A stretch of DNA of 64,000 nucleotides from Azolla caroliniana (lineage: Eukaryota; Plantae; Polypodiophyta). The notes beneath the pieces are model-generated. The model was not told where the DNA came from, searched no databases, and saw nothing but the letters and a program-made list of their open reading frames with translations. A program made the position numbers and the translations under genes. The DNA lies in assembly GCA_043228905.1 (NCBI GenBank), contig JBHGNT010000150.1:705-64704 (forward strand), in the 5' to 3' direction. Below, piece after piece: positions 41,251-54,669 of this stretch; the first letter of the stretch is position 1, and the number at the start of each line of letters is the position of its first letter.

Positions 41251-44200
41251 TGAGTAAATTAAAATGTTCATACTTGGTTCGTGTGATATCGGATTTTTGT
41301 GTTCAAACATGCGATTCGAAGCTAACAACGCTAGCTATGATATGGAATTAAAAAATCAAGATTTTGAAACTCAGGTCGAGAGACATGACGAAATTAGCAA
41401 ATTTGAGGAGTGAGTTGAGAAGAGCTAGTAGGTAAATTAAAATGTTCATACCTGGCTCGTGTGATATCGGATTTTTGTGTTCAAACATGCGAAACGAAGC
41501 TAACAACGCTAGCTATGATATGAAATTAAAAGATCAAGATTTTGAAACTCAGGTCGAGAGACATGACGAAATTACCAAATTTGAATAGTGAGTTGAGAGG
41601 AGCCCTTGAGTAAATGAAAATGTTCATACCTGGCTCGTGTGATATCGGATTTTTGTGTTCAAACATGCGAAACGAAGTTAACAACGCTAGCTATGATATG
41701 GAATTAAAAAATCAAGATTTTGAAACTTAGGTCGAGAGACATGACGAAATTAGCAAATTGGAGGAGTGAGTTGAGAAGAGCTAGTAGGTAAATGAAAATG
41801 TTCATACCTGGCTCGTGTGATATCGGACTTTTGTGTTCAAACATGCGAAACGAAGCTAACAACGCTAGCTATGATATGAAATTAAAAGATCAAGATTTTG
41901 AAACTCAGGTCGAGAGACATGACGAAATTACCAAATTTGAGTAGTGAGTTGAGAGGAGCTCTTGAGTAAATGAAAATGTTCATACCTGGCTCGTGTGATA
42001 TCGGATTTTTGTGTTCAAACATGCGAAACGAAGCTAACAACGCTAGCTATGATATGGAATTAAAAAATCAAGATTTTGAAACTCAGGTCGAGAGACATGA
42101 CGAAATTAGCAAATTGGAGGAGTGAGTTTAGAAGAGCTAGTAGGTAAATGAAAATGTTCATACCTGGCTCGTGTGATATCGGATTTTTGTGTTCAAACAT
42201 GCGAAACGAAGCTAACAACGCTAGCTATGATATGAAATTAAAAGATCAAGATTTTGAAACTCAGGTCGAGAGACATGACGAAATTACCAAATTTGAGTAG
42301 TGAGTTGAGAGGAGCCCTTGAGTAAATGAAAATGTTCATACCTGGCTCGTGTGATATCGGATTTTTGTGTTCAAACATGCGATTCGAAGCTAACAACGCT
42401 AGCTATGATATGAAATTAAAAGATCAAGATTTTGAAACTCAGGTCGAGAGACATGACGAAATTACCAAATTTGAATAGTGAGTTGAGAGGAGCCCTTGAG
42501 TAAATGAAAATGTTCATACCTGGCTCGTGTGATATCGGATTTTTGTGTTCAAACATGCGATTCGAAGCTAACAACGCTAGCTATGATATGGAATTAAAAA
42601 ATCAAGATTTTGAAACTCAGGTCGAGAGACATGATGAAATTAGCAAATTGGAGGAGTGAGTTGAGAAGAGCTAGTAGGTAAATGAAAATGTTCATACCTG
42701 GCTCGTGTGATATCGGACTTTTGTGTTCAAACATGCGAAACGAAGCTAACAACGCTAGCTATGATATGAAATTAAAAGATCAAGATTTTGAAACTCAGGT
42801 CGAGAGACATGACGAAATTACCAAATTTGAGTAGTGAGTTGAGAGGAGCTCTTGAGTAAATGAAAATGTTCATACCTGGCTCGTGTGATATCGGACTTTT
42901 GTGTTCAAACATGCGAAACGAAGCTAACAACGCTAGCTATGAGATAGAATTAAAAAATCAAGATTTTGAAACTCAGGTCGAGAGACATGACGAAATTAGC
43001 AAATTTGAGGAGTGAGTTGAGAAGAGCTAGTAGGTAAATTAAAATGTTCATACCTGGCTCGTGTCTTATCGGATTTTTGTGTTCAAACATGCGAAACGAA
43101 GCTAACATCGCTAGCTATGATATGGAATTAAAAAATCAAGATTTTGAAACTCAGGTTGAGAGACATGACGAAATTACCAAATTTGAGGAGTGAGTTGAGA
43201 AGAGCTAGTAGGTAAATGAAAATGTTCATACCTAGCTCGTGTGATATCGGATTTTTGTGTTCAAACATGCGAAACGAAGCTAACAATGCTAGATACGATA
43301 TGGAATTAAAAAATCAAGATTTTGAAACTCAGGTCGAGAGACATGACGAAATTACCAAATTTGAGGAGTGAGTTGAGAAGAGCTAGTAGGTAAATTAAAA
43401 TGTTCATACTTGGGTCGTGTGATATCAGATTTTTGTGTTCAAACATGCGATTCGAAGCTAACAACGCTAGCTATGATATGGAATTAAAAAATCAAGATTT
43501 TGAAACTCAGGTCGAGAGACATGACGAAATTAGCAAATTTGAGGAGTGAGTTGAGAAGAGCTAGTAGTTTAATGAAAATGTTCATACCTGGCTCGTGTGA
43601 TATCGGACTTTTGTGTTCAAACATGCGAAACGAAGCTAACAACGCTAGCTATGATATGAAATTAAAAGATCAAGATTTTGAAACTCAGGTCGAGAGACAT
43701 GACGAAATTACCAAATTTGAATAGTGAGTTGAGGGGAGCCCTTGAGTAAATGAAAATGTTCATACCTGGCTCGTGTGATATCGGATTTTTGTGTTCAAAC
43801 ATGCGAAACGAAGCTAACAACGCTAGCTATGATATGGAATTAAAAAATCAAGATTTTGAAACTCAGGTCGAAAGACATGACGAAATTAGCAAATTTGAGT
43901 AGTGAGTTGAGGGGAGCCCTTGAGTAAATGAAAATGTTCATACCTGGCTCGTGTGATATCAGATTTTTGTGTTCAAACATGCGAAACGAAGCTAACAACG
44001 CTAGCTATGATATGGAATTAAAAAATCAATATTTTGAAACTGAGGTCGAGAGACATGACGAAATTAGCAAATTGGAGGAGTGAGTTGAGAAGAGCTAGTA
44101 GGTAAATGAAAATGTTCATACCTGGCTCGTGTGATATCGGATTTTTGTGTTCAAACATGCGAAACGAAGCTTAGAACGCTAGCTATGATATGAAATTAAA

Positions 44201-46799
44201 AGATCAAGATTTTGAAACTCAGGTCGAGAGACATGACGAAATTACCAAATTTGAGTAGTGAGTTGAGAGGAGGCCTTGAGTAAATGAAAATGTTCATACC
44301 TGGCTCGTGTGATATCGGATTTTTGTGTTCAAACATGCGAATCGAAGCTAACAACGCTAGCTATGATATGAAATTAAAAGATCAAGATTTTGAAACTCAG
44401 GTCGAGAGACATGACGAAATTACCAAATTTGAATAGTGAGTTGAGAGGAGCCCTTGAGTAAATGAAAATGTTCATACCTGGCTCGTGTGATATCGGATTT
44501 TTGTGTTCAAACATGCGAAACGAAGCTAACAACGCTAGCTATGATATGGAATTAAAAAATCAAGATTTTGAAACTCAGGTCGAGAGACATGATGAAATTA
44601 GCAAATTTGAGGAGGGAGTGGAGAAGAGGCCGTGAGTAAATGAAAATGTTCATACCTGGTTCGTGTGATATCGGATTTTTGTTTTCAAACATGCGAAACG
44701 AAGCTAACATCGCTAGCTATGATATGAAATTAAAAAGTCAAGATTTTGAAACTCAGGTCGAGAGACATGACGAAATTAGCAAATTTGAGGAGTGAGTTGA
44801 GAAGAGCCCTTGAGTAAATGAAACTGTTCATACCTGGCTCGTGTGATATCGGATTTTTGTGTTCAAACATGCGAAACGAAGCTAACATCGCTAGCTATGA
44901 TATGAAATTAAAAGATCAAGATTTTGAAACTCAGGTCGAGAGACATGACGAAATTACCAAATTTGAGTAGTGAGTTGAGAGGAGCCCTTGAGTAAATGAA
45001 AATGTTCATACCTGGCTCGTGTGATATCGGATTTTTGTGTTCAAACATGCGATTCGAAGCTAACAATGCTAGCTATGATATGGAATTAAAAAATCAAGAT
45101 TTTGAAACTCAGGTTGAGAGACATGACGAAATTACCAAATTTGAGGAGTGAGTTGAGAAGAGCTAGTAGGTAAATGAAAATGTTCATACCTAGCTCGTGT
45201 GATATCGGATTTTTGTGTTCAAACATGCGAAACGAAGCTAACAACGCTAGCTATGATATGAAATTAAAAGATCAAGATTTTGAAACTCAGGTCGAGAGAC
45301 ATGACGAAATTACCAAATTTGAGTAGTGAGTTGAGAGGAGCTCTTGAGTAAATGAAAATGTTCATACCTGGCTCGTGTGATATCGGATTTTTGTGTTCAA
45401 ACATGCAATTCGAAGCTAACAACGCTAGCTATGATATGGAATTAAAAAATAAAGATTTTGAAACTCAGGTCGAGAGACATGACGAAATTACCAAATTTGA
45501 GGAGTGAGTTGAGAAGAGTTCGTAGGTAAATGAAAATGTTCATACCTAGCTCGTGTGATATCGGATTTTTGTGTTCAAACATGCGAAACGAAGCTAAAAA
45601 TGCTAGATACGATATGGAATTAAAAAATCAAGATTTTGAAACTCAGGTCGAGAGACATGACGAAATTACCAAATTTGAGGAGTGAGTTGAGAAGAGCTAG
45701 TAGGTAAAGTAAAATGTTCATACTTGGGTCGTGTGATATCAGATTTTTGTGTTCAAACATGCGATTCGAAGCTAACAACGCTAGCTATGATATGGAATTA
45801 AAAAATCAGGATTTTGAATCTCAGGTCGACAAACATGACGAAATTACCAAATTTGAGTAGTGAGTTGAGAGGAGCCCTTGAGTAAATGAAAATGTTCATA
45901 CCTGGCTCGTGTGATATCGGATTTTTGTGTTCAAACATGCGAATCGAAGCTAACATCGCTAGCTATGAGATAGAATTAAAAAATCAAGATTTTGAATCTC
46001 AGGTTGAGAGACATGACCAAATTAGGAAATTTGAGTAGTGAGTTGAGGGGAGCCCTTGAGTAAATGAAAATGTTCATACCTGGCTCGTGTGATATCGGAT
46101 TTTTGTGTTCAAACATGCGATTCGAAGCTAACAACGCTAGCTATGATATGGAACTAAAAAAACAAGATTTTGAAACTCAGGTCGAGAGACATGACGAAAT
46201 TAGCAAATTTGAGGAGTGAGTTGAGAAAAGCTAGTAGGTAAATTAAAATGTTAATACCTGGCTCGTGTGATATCGGACTTTTGTGTTCAAACATGCGAAA
46301 CGAAGCTAACATCGCTAGCTATGATATGAAATTAAAAAGTCAAGATTTTGAAACTCAGGTCGAGAGACATGACGAAATTAGCAAATTTGAGGAGTGAGTT
46401 GAGAAGAGCCCTTGAGTAAATGAAACTGTTCATACCTGGCTCGTGTGATATCGGAGTTTTGTGTTCAAACATGCGAAAGGAAGCTAACATCGCTAGCTAT
46501 GATATGAAATTAAAAGATCAAGATTTTGAAACTCAGGTCGAGAGACATGAAGAAATTAGCAAATTAGAGGAGGGAGTGGAGAAGAGCCCGTTCGGAAATG
46601 AAAATGTTCCTACCTAGCTCGTGTGATATCTGCTTTTTGTGTTCAAACATGCGAATCGAAGCAAACAAAGCTAGCTATGATATAGAATAAAAAAATCAAG
46701 ATTTTGAAACTCAGGTCGAGAGACATGACGAAATTACCAAATTTGAGGAGGGAGTGGAGAAGAGGCCGTGAGTAAATTAAAATGTTCATACCTGGCTCG

Positions 46800-49700
46800 T
46801 GTGATATCGGATTTTTGTGTTCAAACATGCGAAACGAAGCTAACAACGGTAGCTATGATATGAAATTAAAAGATCAAGATTTTGAAACTCAGGTCGAGAG
46901 ACATGACGAAATTACCAAATTTGAGTAGTGAGTTGAGAGGAGCCCTTCAGTAAATGAAAATGTTCATACCTGGCTCGTGTGATATCGGATTTTTGTGTTC
47001 AAACATGCGAAACGAAGCTAACAACGCTAGCTATGATATGGAATTAAAAAACTCAAGATTTTGAAACTCAGGTCGAGAGACATGACGAAATTAGCAAATT
47101 GGAGGAGTGAGTTGAGAAGAGCTAGTACGTAAATGAAAATGTTCATACCTGGCTCGTGTGATATCGGATTTTTGTGTTCAAACATGCGAAACAAAGCTAA
47201 CAACGCTAGCTATGATATGAAATTAAAAGATCAAGATTTTGAAACTCAGGTCGAGAGACATGACGAAATTACCAAATTTGAGTAGTGAGTTGAGAGGAGC
47301 CCTTGAGTAAATGAAAATGTTCATACCTGGCTCGTGTGATATCAGATTTTTGTGTTCAAACATGCGATTCGAAGCTAACAACGCTAGCTATGATATGGAA
47401 TTAAAAAATCAAGATTTTAAAACTCAGGTCGAGAGACATGACGAAATTACCAAATTTGAGGAGTGAGTTGAGAAGAGCTAGTAGGTAAATGAAAATGATC
47501 ATACCTAGCTCGTGTGATATCGGATTTTTGTGTTCAAACATGCGAAACGAAGCTAACAATGCTAGATACGATATGGAATAAAAAAAATCAAGATTTTGAA
47601 ACTCAGGTCGAGAGACATGACGAAATTACCAAATTTGAGGAGTGAGTTGAGAAGAGCTAGTAGGTAAATTAAAATGTTCATACTTGGGTCGTGTGATATC
47701 AGATTTTTGTGTTCAAACATGCGATTCGAAGCTAACAACGCTAGCTATGATATGGAATTAAAAAATCAAGATTTTGAATCACAGGTCGAGAGACATGACG
47801 AAATTACCAAATTTGAGTAGTGAGTTGAGAGGAGCCCTTGAGTAAATGAAAATGTTCATACCTGGCTCGTGTGATATCGGATTTTTGTGTTCAAACATGC
47901 GAAACGAAGCTAACAACGCTAGCTATGATATGAAATTAAAAGATCAAGATTTTGAAACTCAGGTCGAGAGACATGACGAAATTACCAAATTTGAGTAGTG
48001 AGTTGAGAGGAGCCCTTGAGTAAATGAAAATGTTCATACCTGGCTCGTGTGATATCGGATTTTTGTGTTCAAACATGCGATTCGAAGCTAACAACGCTAG
48101 CTATGATATGAAATTAAAAGATCAAGATTTTGAAACTCAGGTCGAGAGACATGACGAAATTACCAAATTTGAATAGTGAGTTGAGAGGAGCCCTTGAGTA
48201 AATGAAAATGTTCATACCTGGCTCGTGTGATATCGGACTTTTGTGTTCAAACATGCGAAACGAAGCTAACAACGCTAGCTATGATATGAAATTAAAAGAT
48301 CAAGATTTTGAAACTCAGGTCGAGAGACATGACGAAATTACCAAATTTGAGTAGTGAGTTGAGAGGAGCTCTTGAGTAAATGAAAATGTTCATACCTGGC
48401 TCGTGTGATATCGGACTTTTGTGTTCAAACATGCGAAACGAAGCTAACAACGCTAGCTATGAGATAGAATTAAAAAATCAAGATTTTGAAACTCAGGTCG
48501 AGAGACATGACGAAATTAGCAAATTTGAGGAGTGAGTTGAGAAGAGCTAGTAGGTAAATTAAAATGTTCATACCTGGCTCGTGTGATATCGGATTTTTGT
48601 GTTCAAACATGCGAAACGAAGCTAACATCGCTAGCTATGATATGGAATTAAAAAATCAAGATTTTGAAACTCAGGTTGAGAGACATGACGAAATTACCAA
48701 ATTTGAGGAGTGAGTTGAGAAGAGCTAGTAGGTAAATGAAAATGTTCATACCTAGCTCGTGTGATATCGGATTTTTGTGTTCAAACATGCGAAACGAAGC
48801 TAACAATGCTAGATACGATATGGAATTAAAAAATCAAGATTTTGAAACTCAGGTCGAGAGACATGACGAAATTACCAAATTTGAGGAGTGAGTTGAGAAG
48901 AGCTAGTAGGTAAATTAAAATGTTCATACTTGGGTCGTGTGATATCAGATTTTTGTGTTCAAACATGCGATTCGAAGCTAACAACGCTAGCTATGATATG
49001 GAATTAAAAAATCAAGATTTTGAAACTCAGGTCGAGAGACATGACGAAATTAGCAAATTTGAGGAGTGAGTTGAGAAGAGCTAGTAGTTTAATGAAAATG
49101 TTCATACCTGGCTCGTGTGATATCGGACTTTTGTGTTCAAACATGCGAAACGAAGCTAACAACGCTAGCTATGATATGAAATTAAAAGATCAAGATTTTG
49201 AAACTCAGGTCGAGAGACATGACGAAATTACCAAATTTGAATAGTGAGTTGAGGGGAGCCCTTGAGTAAATGAAAATGTTCATACCTGGCTCGTGTGATA
49301 TCGGATTTTTGTGTTCAAACATGCGAAACGAAGCTAACAACGCTAGCTATGATATGGAATTAAAAAATCAAGATTTTGAAACTCAGGTCGAAAGACATGA
49401 CGAAATTAGCAAATTTGAGTAGTGAGTTGAGGGGAGCCCTTGAGTAAATGAAAATGTTCATACCTGGCTCGTGTGATATCAGATTTATGTGTTCAAACAT
49501 GCGAAACGAAGCTAACAACGCTAGCTATGATATGGAATTAAAAAATCAAGATTTTGAAACTGAGGTCGAGAGACATGACGAAATTAGCAAATTGGAGGAG
49601 TGAGTTGAGAAGAGCTAGTAGGTAAATGAAAATGTTCATACCTGGCTCGTGTGATATCGGATTTTTGTGTTCAAACATGCGAAACGAAGCTTAGAACGCT

Positions 49701-52700
49701 AGCTATGATATGAAATTAAAAGATCAAGATTTTGAAACTCAGGTCGAGAGACATGACGAAATTACCAAATTTGAGTAGTGAGTTGAGAGGAGCCCTTGAG
49801 TAAATGAAAATGTTCATACCTGGCTCGTGTGATATCGGATTTTTGTGTTCAAACAAGCGAATCGAAGCTAACAACGCTAGCTATGATATGAAATTAAAAG
49901 ATCAAGATTTTGAAACTCAGGTCGAGAGACATGACGAAATTACCAAATTTGAATAGTGAGTTGAGAGGAGCCCTTGAGTAAATGAAAATGTTCATACCTG
50001 GCTCGTGTGATATCGGATTTTTGTGTTCAAACATGCGAAACGAAGCTAACAACGGTAGCTATGATATGAAATTAAAAGATCAAGATTTTGAAACTCAGGT
50101 CGAGAGACATGACGAAATTACCAAATTTGAGTAGTGAGTTGAGAGGAGCCCTTCAGTAAATGAAAATGTTCATACCTGGCTCGTGTGATATCGGATTTTT
50201 GTGTTCAAACATGCGAAACGAAGCTAACAACGCTAGCTATGATATGGAATTAAAAAACTCAAGATTTTGAAACTCAGGTCGAGAGACATGACGAAATTAG
50301 CAAATTGGAGGAGTGAGTTGAGAAGAGCTAGTACGTAAATGAAAATGTTCATACCTGGCTCGTGTGATATCGGATTTTTGTGTTCAAACATGCGAAACAA
50401 AGCTAACAACGCTAGCTATGATATGAAATTAAAAGATCAAGATTTTGAAACTCAGGTCGAGAGACATGACGAAATTACCAAATTTGAGTAGTGAGTTGAG
50501 AGGAGCCCTTGAGTAAATGAAAATGTTCATACCTGGCTCGTGTGATATCAGATTTTTGTGTTCAAACATGCGATTCGAAGCTAACAACGCTAGCTATGAT
50601 ATGGAATTAAAAAATCAAGATTTTAAAACTCAGGTCGAGAGACATGACGAAATTACCAAATTTGAGGAGTGAGTTGAGAAGAGCTAGTAGGTAAATGAAA
50701 ATGATCATACCTAGCTCGTGTGATATCGGATTTTTGTGTTCAAACATGCGAAACGAAGCTAACAATGCTAGATACGATATGGAATAAAAAAAATCAAGAT
50801 TTTGAAACTCAGGTCGAGAGACATGACGAAATTACCAAATTTGAGGAGTGAGTTGAGAAGAGCTAGTAGGTAAATTAAAATGTTCATACTTGGGTCGTGT
50901 GATATCAGATTTTTGTGTTCAAACATGCGATTCGAAGCTAACAACGCTAGCTATGATATGGAATTAAAAAATCAAGATTTTGAATCACAGGTCGAGAGAC
51001 ATGACGAAATTACCAAATTTGAGTAGTGAGTTGAGAGGAGCCCTTGAGTAAATGAAAATGTTCATACCTGGCTCGTGTGATATCGGATTTTTGTGTTCAA
51101 ACATGCGAAACGAAGCTAACAACGCTAGCTATGATATGAAATTAAAAGATCAAGATTTTGAAACTCAGGTCGAGAGACATGACGAAATTACCAAATTTGA
51201 GTAGTGAGTTGAGAGGAGCCCTTGAGTAAATGAAAATGTTCATACCTGGCTCGTGTGATATCGGATTTTTGTGTTCAAACATGCGATTCGAAGCTAACAA
51301 CGCTAGCTATGATATGAAATTAAAAGATCAAGATTTTGAAACTCAGGTCGAGAGACATGACGAAATTACCAAATTTGAATAGTGAGTTGAGAGGAGCCCT
51401 TGAGTAAATGAAAATGTTCATACCTGGCTCGTGTGATATCGGACTTTTGTGTTCAAACATGCGAAACGAAGCTAACAACGCTAGCTATGATATGAAATTA
51501 AAAGATCAAGATTTTGAAACTCAGGTCGAGAGACATGACGAAATTACCAAATTTGAGTAGTGAGTTGAGAGGAGCTCTTGAGTAAATGAAAATGTTCATA
51601 CCTGGCTCGTGTGATATCGGACTTTTGTGTTCAAACATGCGAAACGAAGCTAACAACGCTAGCTATGAGATAGAATTAAAAAATCAAGATTTTGAAACTC
51701 AGGTCGAGAGACATGACGAAATTAGCAAATTTGAGGAGTGAGTTGAGAAGAGCTAGTAGGTAAATTAAAATGTTCATACCTGGCTCGTGTGATATCGGAT
51801 TTTTGTGTTCAAACATGCGAAACGAAGCTAACATCGCTAGCTATGATATGGAATTAAAAAATCAAGATTTTGAAACTCAGGTTGAGAGACATGACGAAAT
51901 TACCAAATTTGAGGAGTGAGTTGAGAAGAGCTAGTAGGTAAATGAAAATGTTCATACCTAGCTCGTGTGATATCGGATTTTTGTGTTCAAACATGCGAAA
52001 CGAAGCTAACAATGCTAGATACGATATGGAATTAAAAAATCAAGATTTTGAAACTCAGGTCGAGAGACATGACGAAATTACCAAATTTGAGGAGTGAGTT
52101 GAGAAGAGCTAGTAGGTAAATTAAAATGTTCATACTTGGGTCGTGTGATATCAGATTTTTGTGTTCAAACATGCGATTCGAAGCTAACAACGCTAGCTAT
52201 GATATGGAATTAAAAAATCAAGATTTTGAAACTCAGGTCGAGAGACATGACGAAATTAGCAAATTTGAGGAGTGAGTTGAGAAGAGCTAGTAGTTTAATG
52301 AAAATGTTCATACCTGGCTCGTGTGATATCGGACTTTTGTGTTCAAACATGCGAAACGAAGCTAACAACGCTAGCTATGATATGAAATTAAAAGATCAAG
52401 ATTTTGAAACTCAGGTCGAGAGACATGACGAAATTACCAAATTTGAATAGTGAGTTGAGGGGAGCCCTTGAGTAAATGAAAATGTTCATACCTGGCTCGT
52501 GTGATATCGGATTTTTGTGTTCAAACATGCGAAACGAAGCTAACAACGCTAGCTATGATATGGAATTAAAAAATCAAGATTTTGAAACTCAGGTCGAAAG
52601 ACATGACGAAATTAGCAAATTTGAGTAGTGAGTTGAGGGGAGCCCTTGAGTAAATGAAAATGTTCATACCTGGCTCGTGTGATATCAGATTTATGTGTTC

Positions 52701-53250
52701 AAACATGCGAAACGAAGCTAACAACGCTAGCTATGATATGGAATTAAAAAATCAAGATTTTGAAACTGAGGTCGAGAGACATGACGAAATTAGCAAATTG
52801 GAGGAGTGAGTTGAGAAGAGCTAGTAGGTAAATGAAAATGTTCATACCTGGCTCGTGTGATATCGGATTTTTGTGTTCAAACATGCGAAACGAAGCTTAG
52901 AACGCTAGCTATGATATGAAATTAAAAGATCAAGATTTTGAAACTCAGGTCGAGAGACATGACGAAATTACCAAATTTGAGTAGTGAGTTGAGAGGAGCC
53001 CTTGAGTAAATGAAAATGTTCATACCTGGCTCGTGTGATATCGGATTTTTGTGTTCAAACAAGCGAATCGAAGCTAACAACGCTAGCTATGATATGAAAT
53101 TAAAAGATCAAGATTTTGAAACTCAGGTCGAGAGACATGACGAAATTACCAAATTTGAATAGTGAGTTGAGAGGAGCCCTTGAGTAAATGAAAATGTTCA
53201 TACCTGGCTCGTGTGATATCGGATTTTTGTGTTCAAACATGCGAAACGAA
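46800..53250. repeat. Tandem duplication of an 18-monomer block (3206 bp x2, including two +1 insertions)
   Basis: Offset 3206: inserted C at 47052/50258, AGATTTATGT 49481/52687, AAACAAGCGA 49851/53057, identical ORFs at 49020/52226. Confidence 0.9.
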
Positions 53251-54669
53251 GCTAACAACGCTAGCTATGATATGGAATTAAAAAATCAAGATTTTGAAAC
53301 TCAGGTCGAGAGACATGATGAAATTAGCAAATTTGAGGAGGGAGTGGAGAAGAGGCCGTGAGTAAATGAAACTGTTCATACCTGGTTCGTGTGATATCGG
53401 ATTTTTGTTTTCAAACATGCGAAACGAAGCTAACATCGCTAGCTATGATATGAAATTAAAAAGTCAAGATTTTGAAACTCAGGTCGAGAGACATGACGAA
53501 ATTAGCAAATTTGAGGAGTGACTTGAGAAGAGCCCTTGAGTAAATGAAACTGTTCATACCTGGCTCGTGTGATATCGGATTTTTGTGTTCAAACATGCGA
53601 AACGAAGCTAACATCGCTAGCTATGATATGAAATTAAAAGATCAAGATTTTGAAACTCAGGTCGAGAGACATGACGAAATTACCAAATTTGAGTAGTGAG
53701 TTGAGAGGAGCCCTTGAGTAAATGAAAATGTTCATACCTGGCTCGTGTGATATCGGATTTTTGTGTTCAAACATGCAATTCGAAGCTAACAACGCTAGCT
53801 ATGATATGGAATTAAAAAATAAAGATTTTGAAACTCAGGTTGAGAGACATGACGAAATTACCAAATTTGAGGAGTGAGTTGAGAAGAGTTCGTAGGTAAA
53901 TGAAAATGTTCATACCTAGCTCGTGTGATATCGGATTTTTGTGTTCAAACATGCGAAACGAAGCTAAAAATGCTAGATACGATATGGAATTAAAAAATCA
54001 AGATTTTGAAACTCAGGTCGAGAGACATGACGAAATTACCAAATTTGAGGAGTGAGTTGAGAAGAGCTAGTAGGTAAAGTAAAATGTTCATACTTGGGTC
54101 GTGTGATATCAGATTTTTGTGTTCAAACATGCGATTCGAAGCTAACAACGCTAGCTATGATATGGAATTAAAAAATCAGGATTTTGAATCTCAGGTCGAC
54201 AGACATGACGAAATTACCAAATTTGAGTAGTGAGTTGAGAGGAGCCCTTGAGTAAATGAAAATGTTCATACCTGGCTCGTGTGATATCGGATTTTTGTGT
54301 TCAAACATGCGAATCGAAGCTAACATCGCTAGCTATGAGATAGAATTAAAAAATCAAGATTTTGAATCTCAGGTTGAGAGACATGACCAAATTAGGAAAT
54401 TTGAGTAGTGAGTTGAGGGGAGCCCTTGAGTAAATGAAAATGTTCATACCTGGCTCGTGTGATATCGGATTTTTGTGTTCAAACATGCGATTCGAAGCTA
54501 ACAACGCTAGCTATGATATGGAACTAAAAAAACAAGATTTTGAAACTCAGGTCGAGAGACATGACGAAATTAGCAAATTTGAGGAGTGAGTTGAGAAAAG
54601 CTAGTAGGTAAATTAAAATGTTAATACCTGGCTCGTGTGATATCGGACTTTTGTTTTCAAACATGCGAA

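Larger units (their letters stand above)
1..42400. repeat. Homogeneous domain: mosaic of a few monomer types (A-E) with an underlying 5-mer (890-bp) higher-order unit
   Basis: Type-A monomers (GAAGCGAAC, GAGATAG, GTCGAAAG, CTTGGTTCG) start at about 32 positions from 1 to 41119. Five monomers is the most frequent spacing between them (e.g. 12817-13707, 28659-29549-30439, 33643-34533-35423, 40229-41119). I saw only substitutions here, no indels. Confidence 0.9.

Noticed and set aside
1-42400. Monomer order as an information-bearing code
   Set aside because: Nested duplications and chimeric junctions explain the order, and nothing in the sequence suggests a readout mechanism.
2755-53250. Block duplications being purely assembly artefacts
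   Set aside because: Several copies carry distinguishing variants (e.g. 6936, 13823, 29224) and are nested consistently. The 3206-bp pair looks identical by eye and still needs read support.
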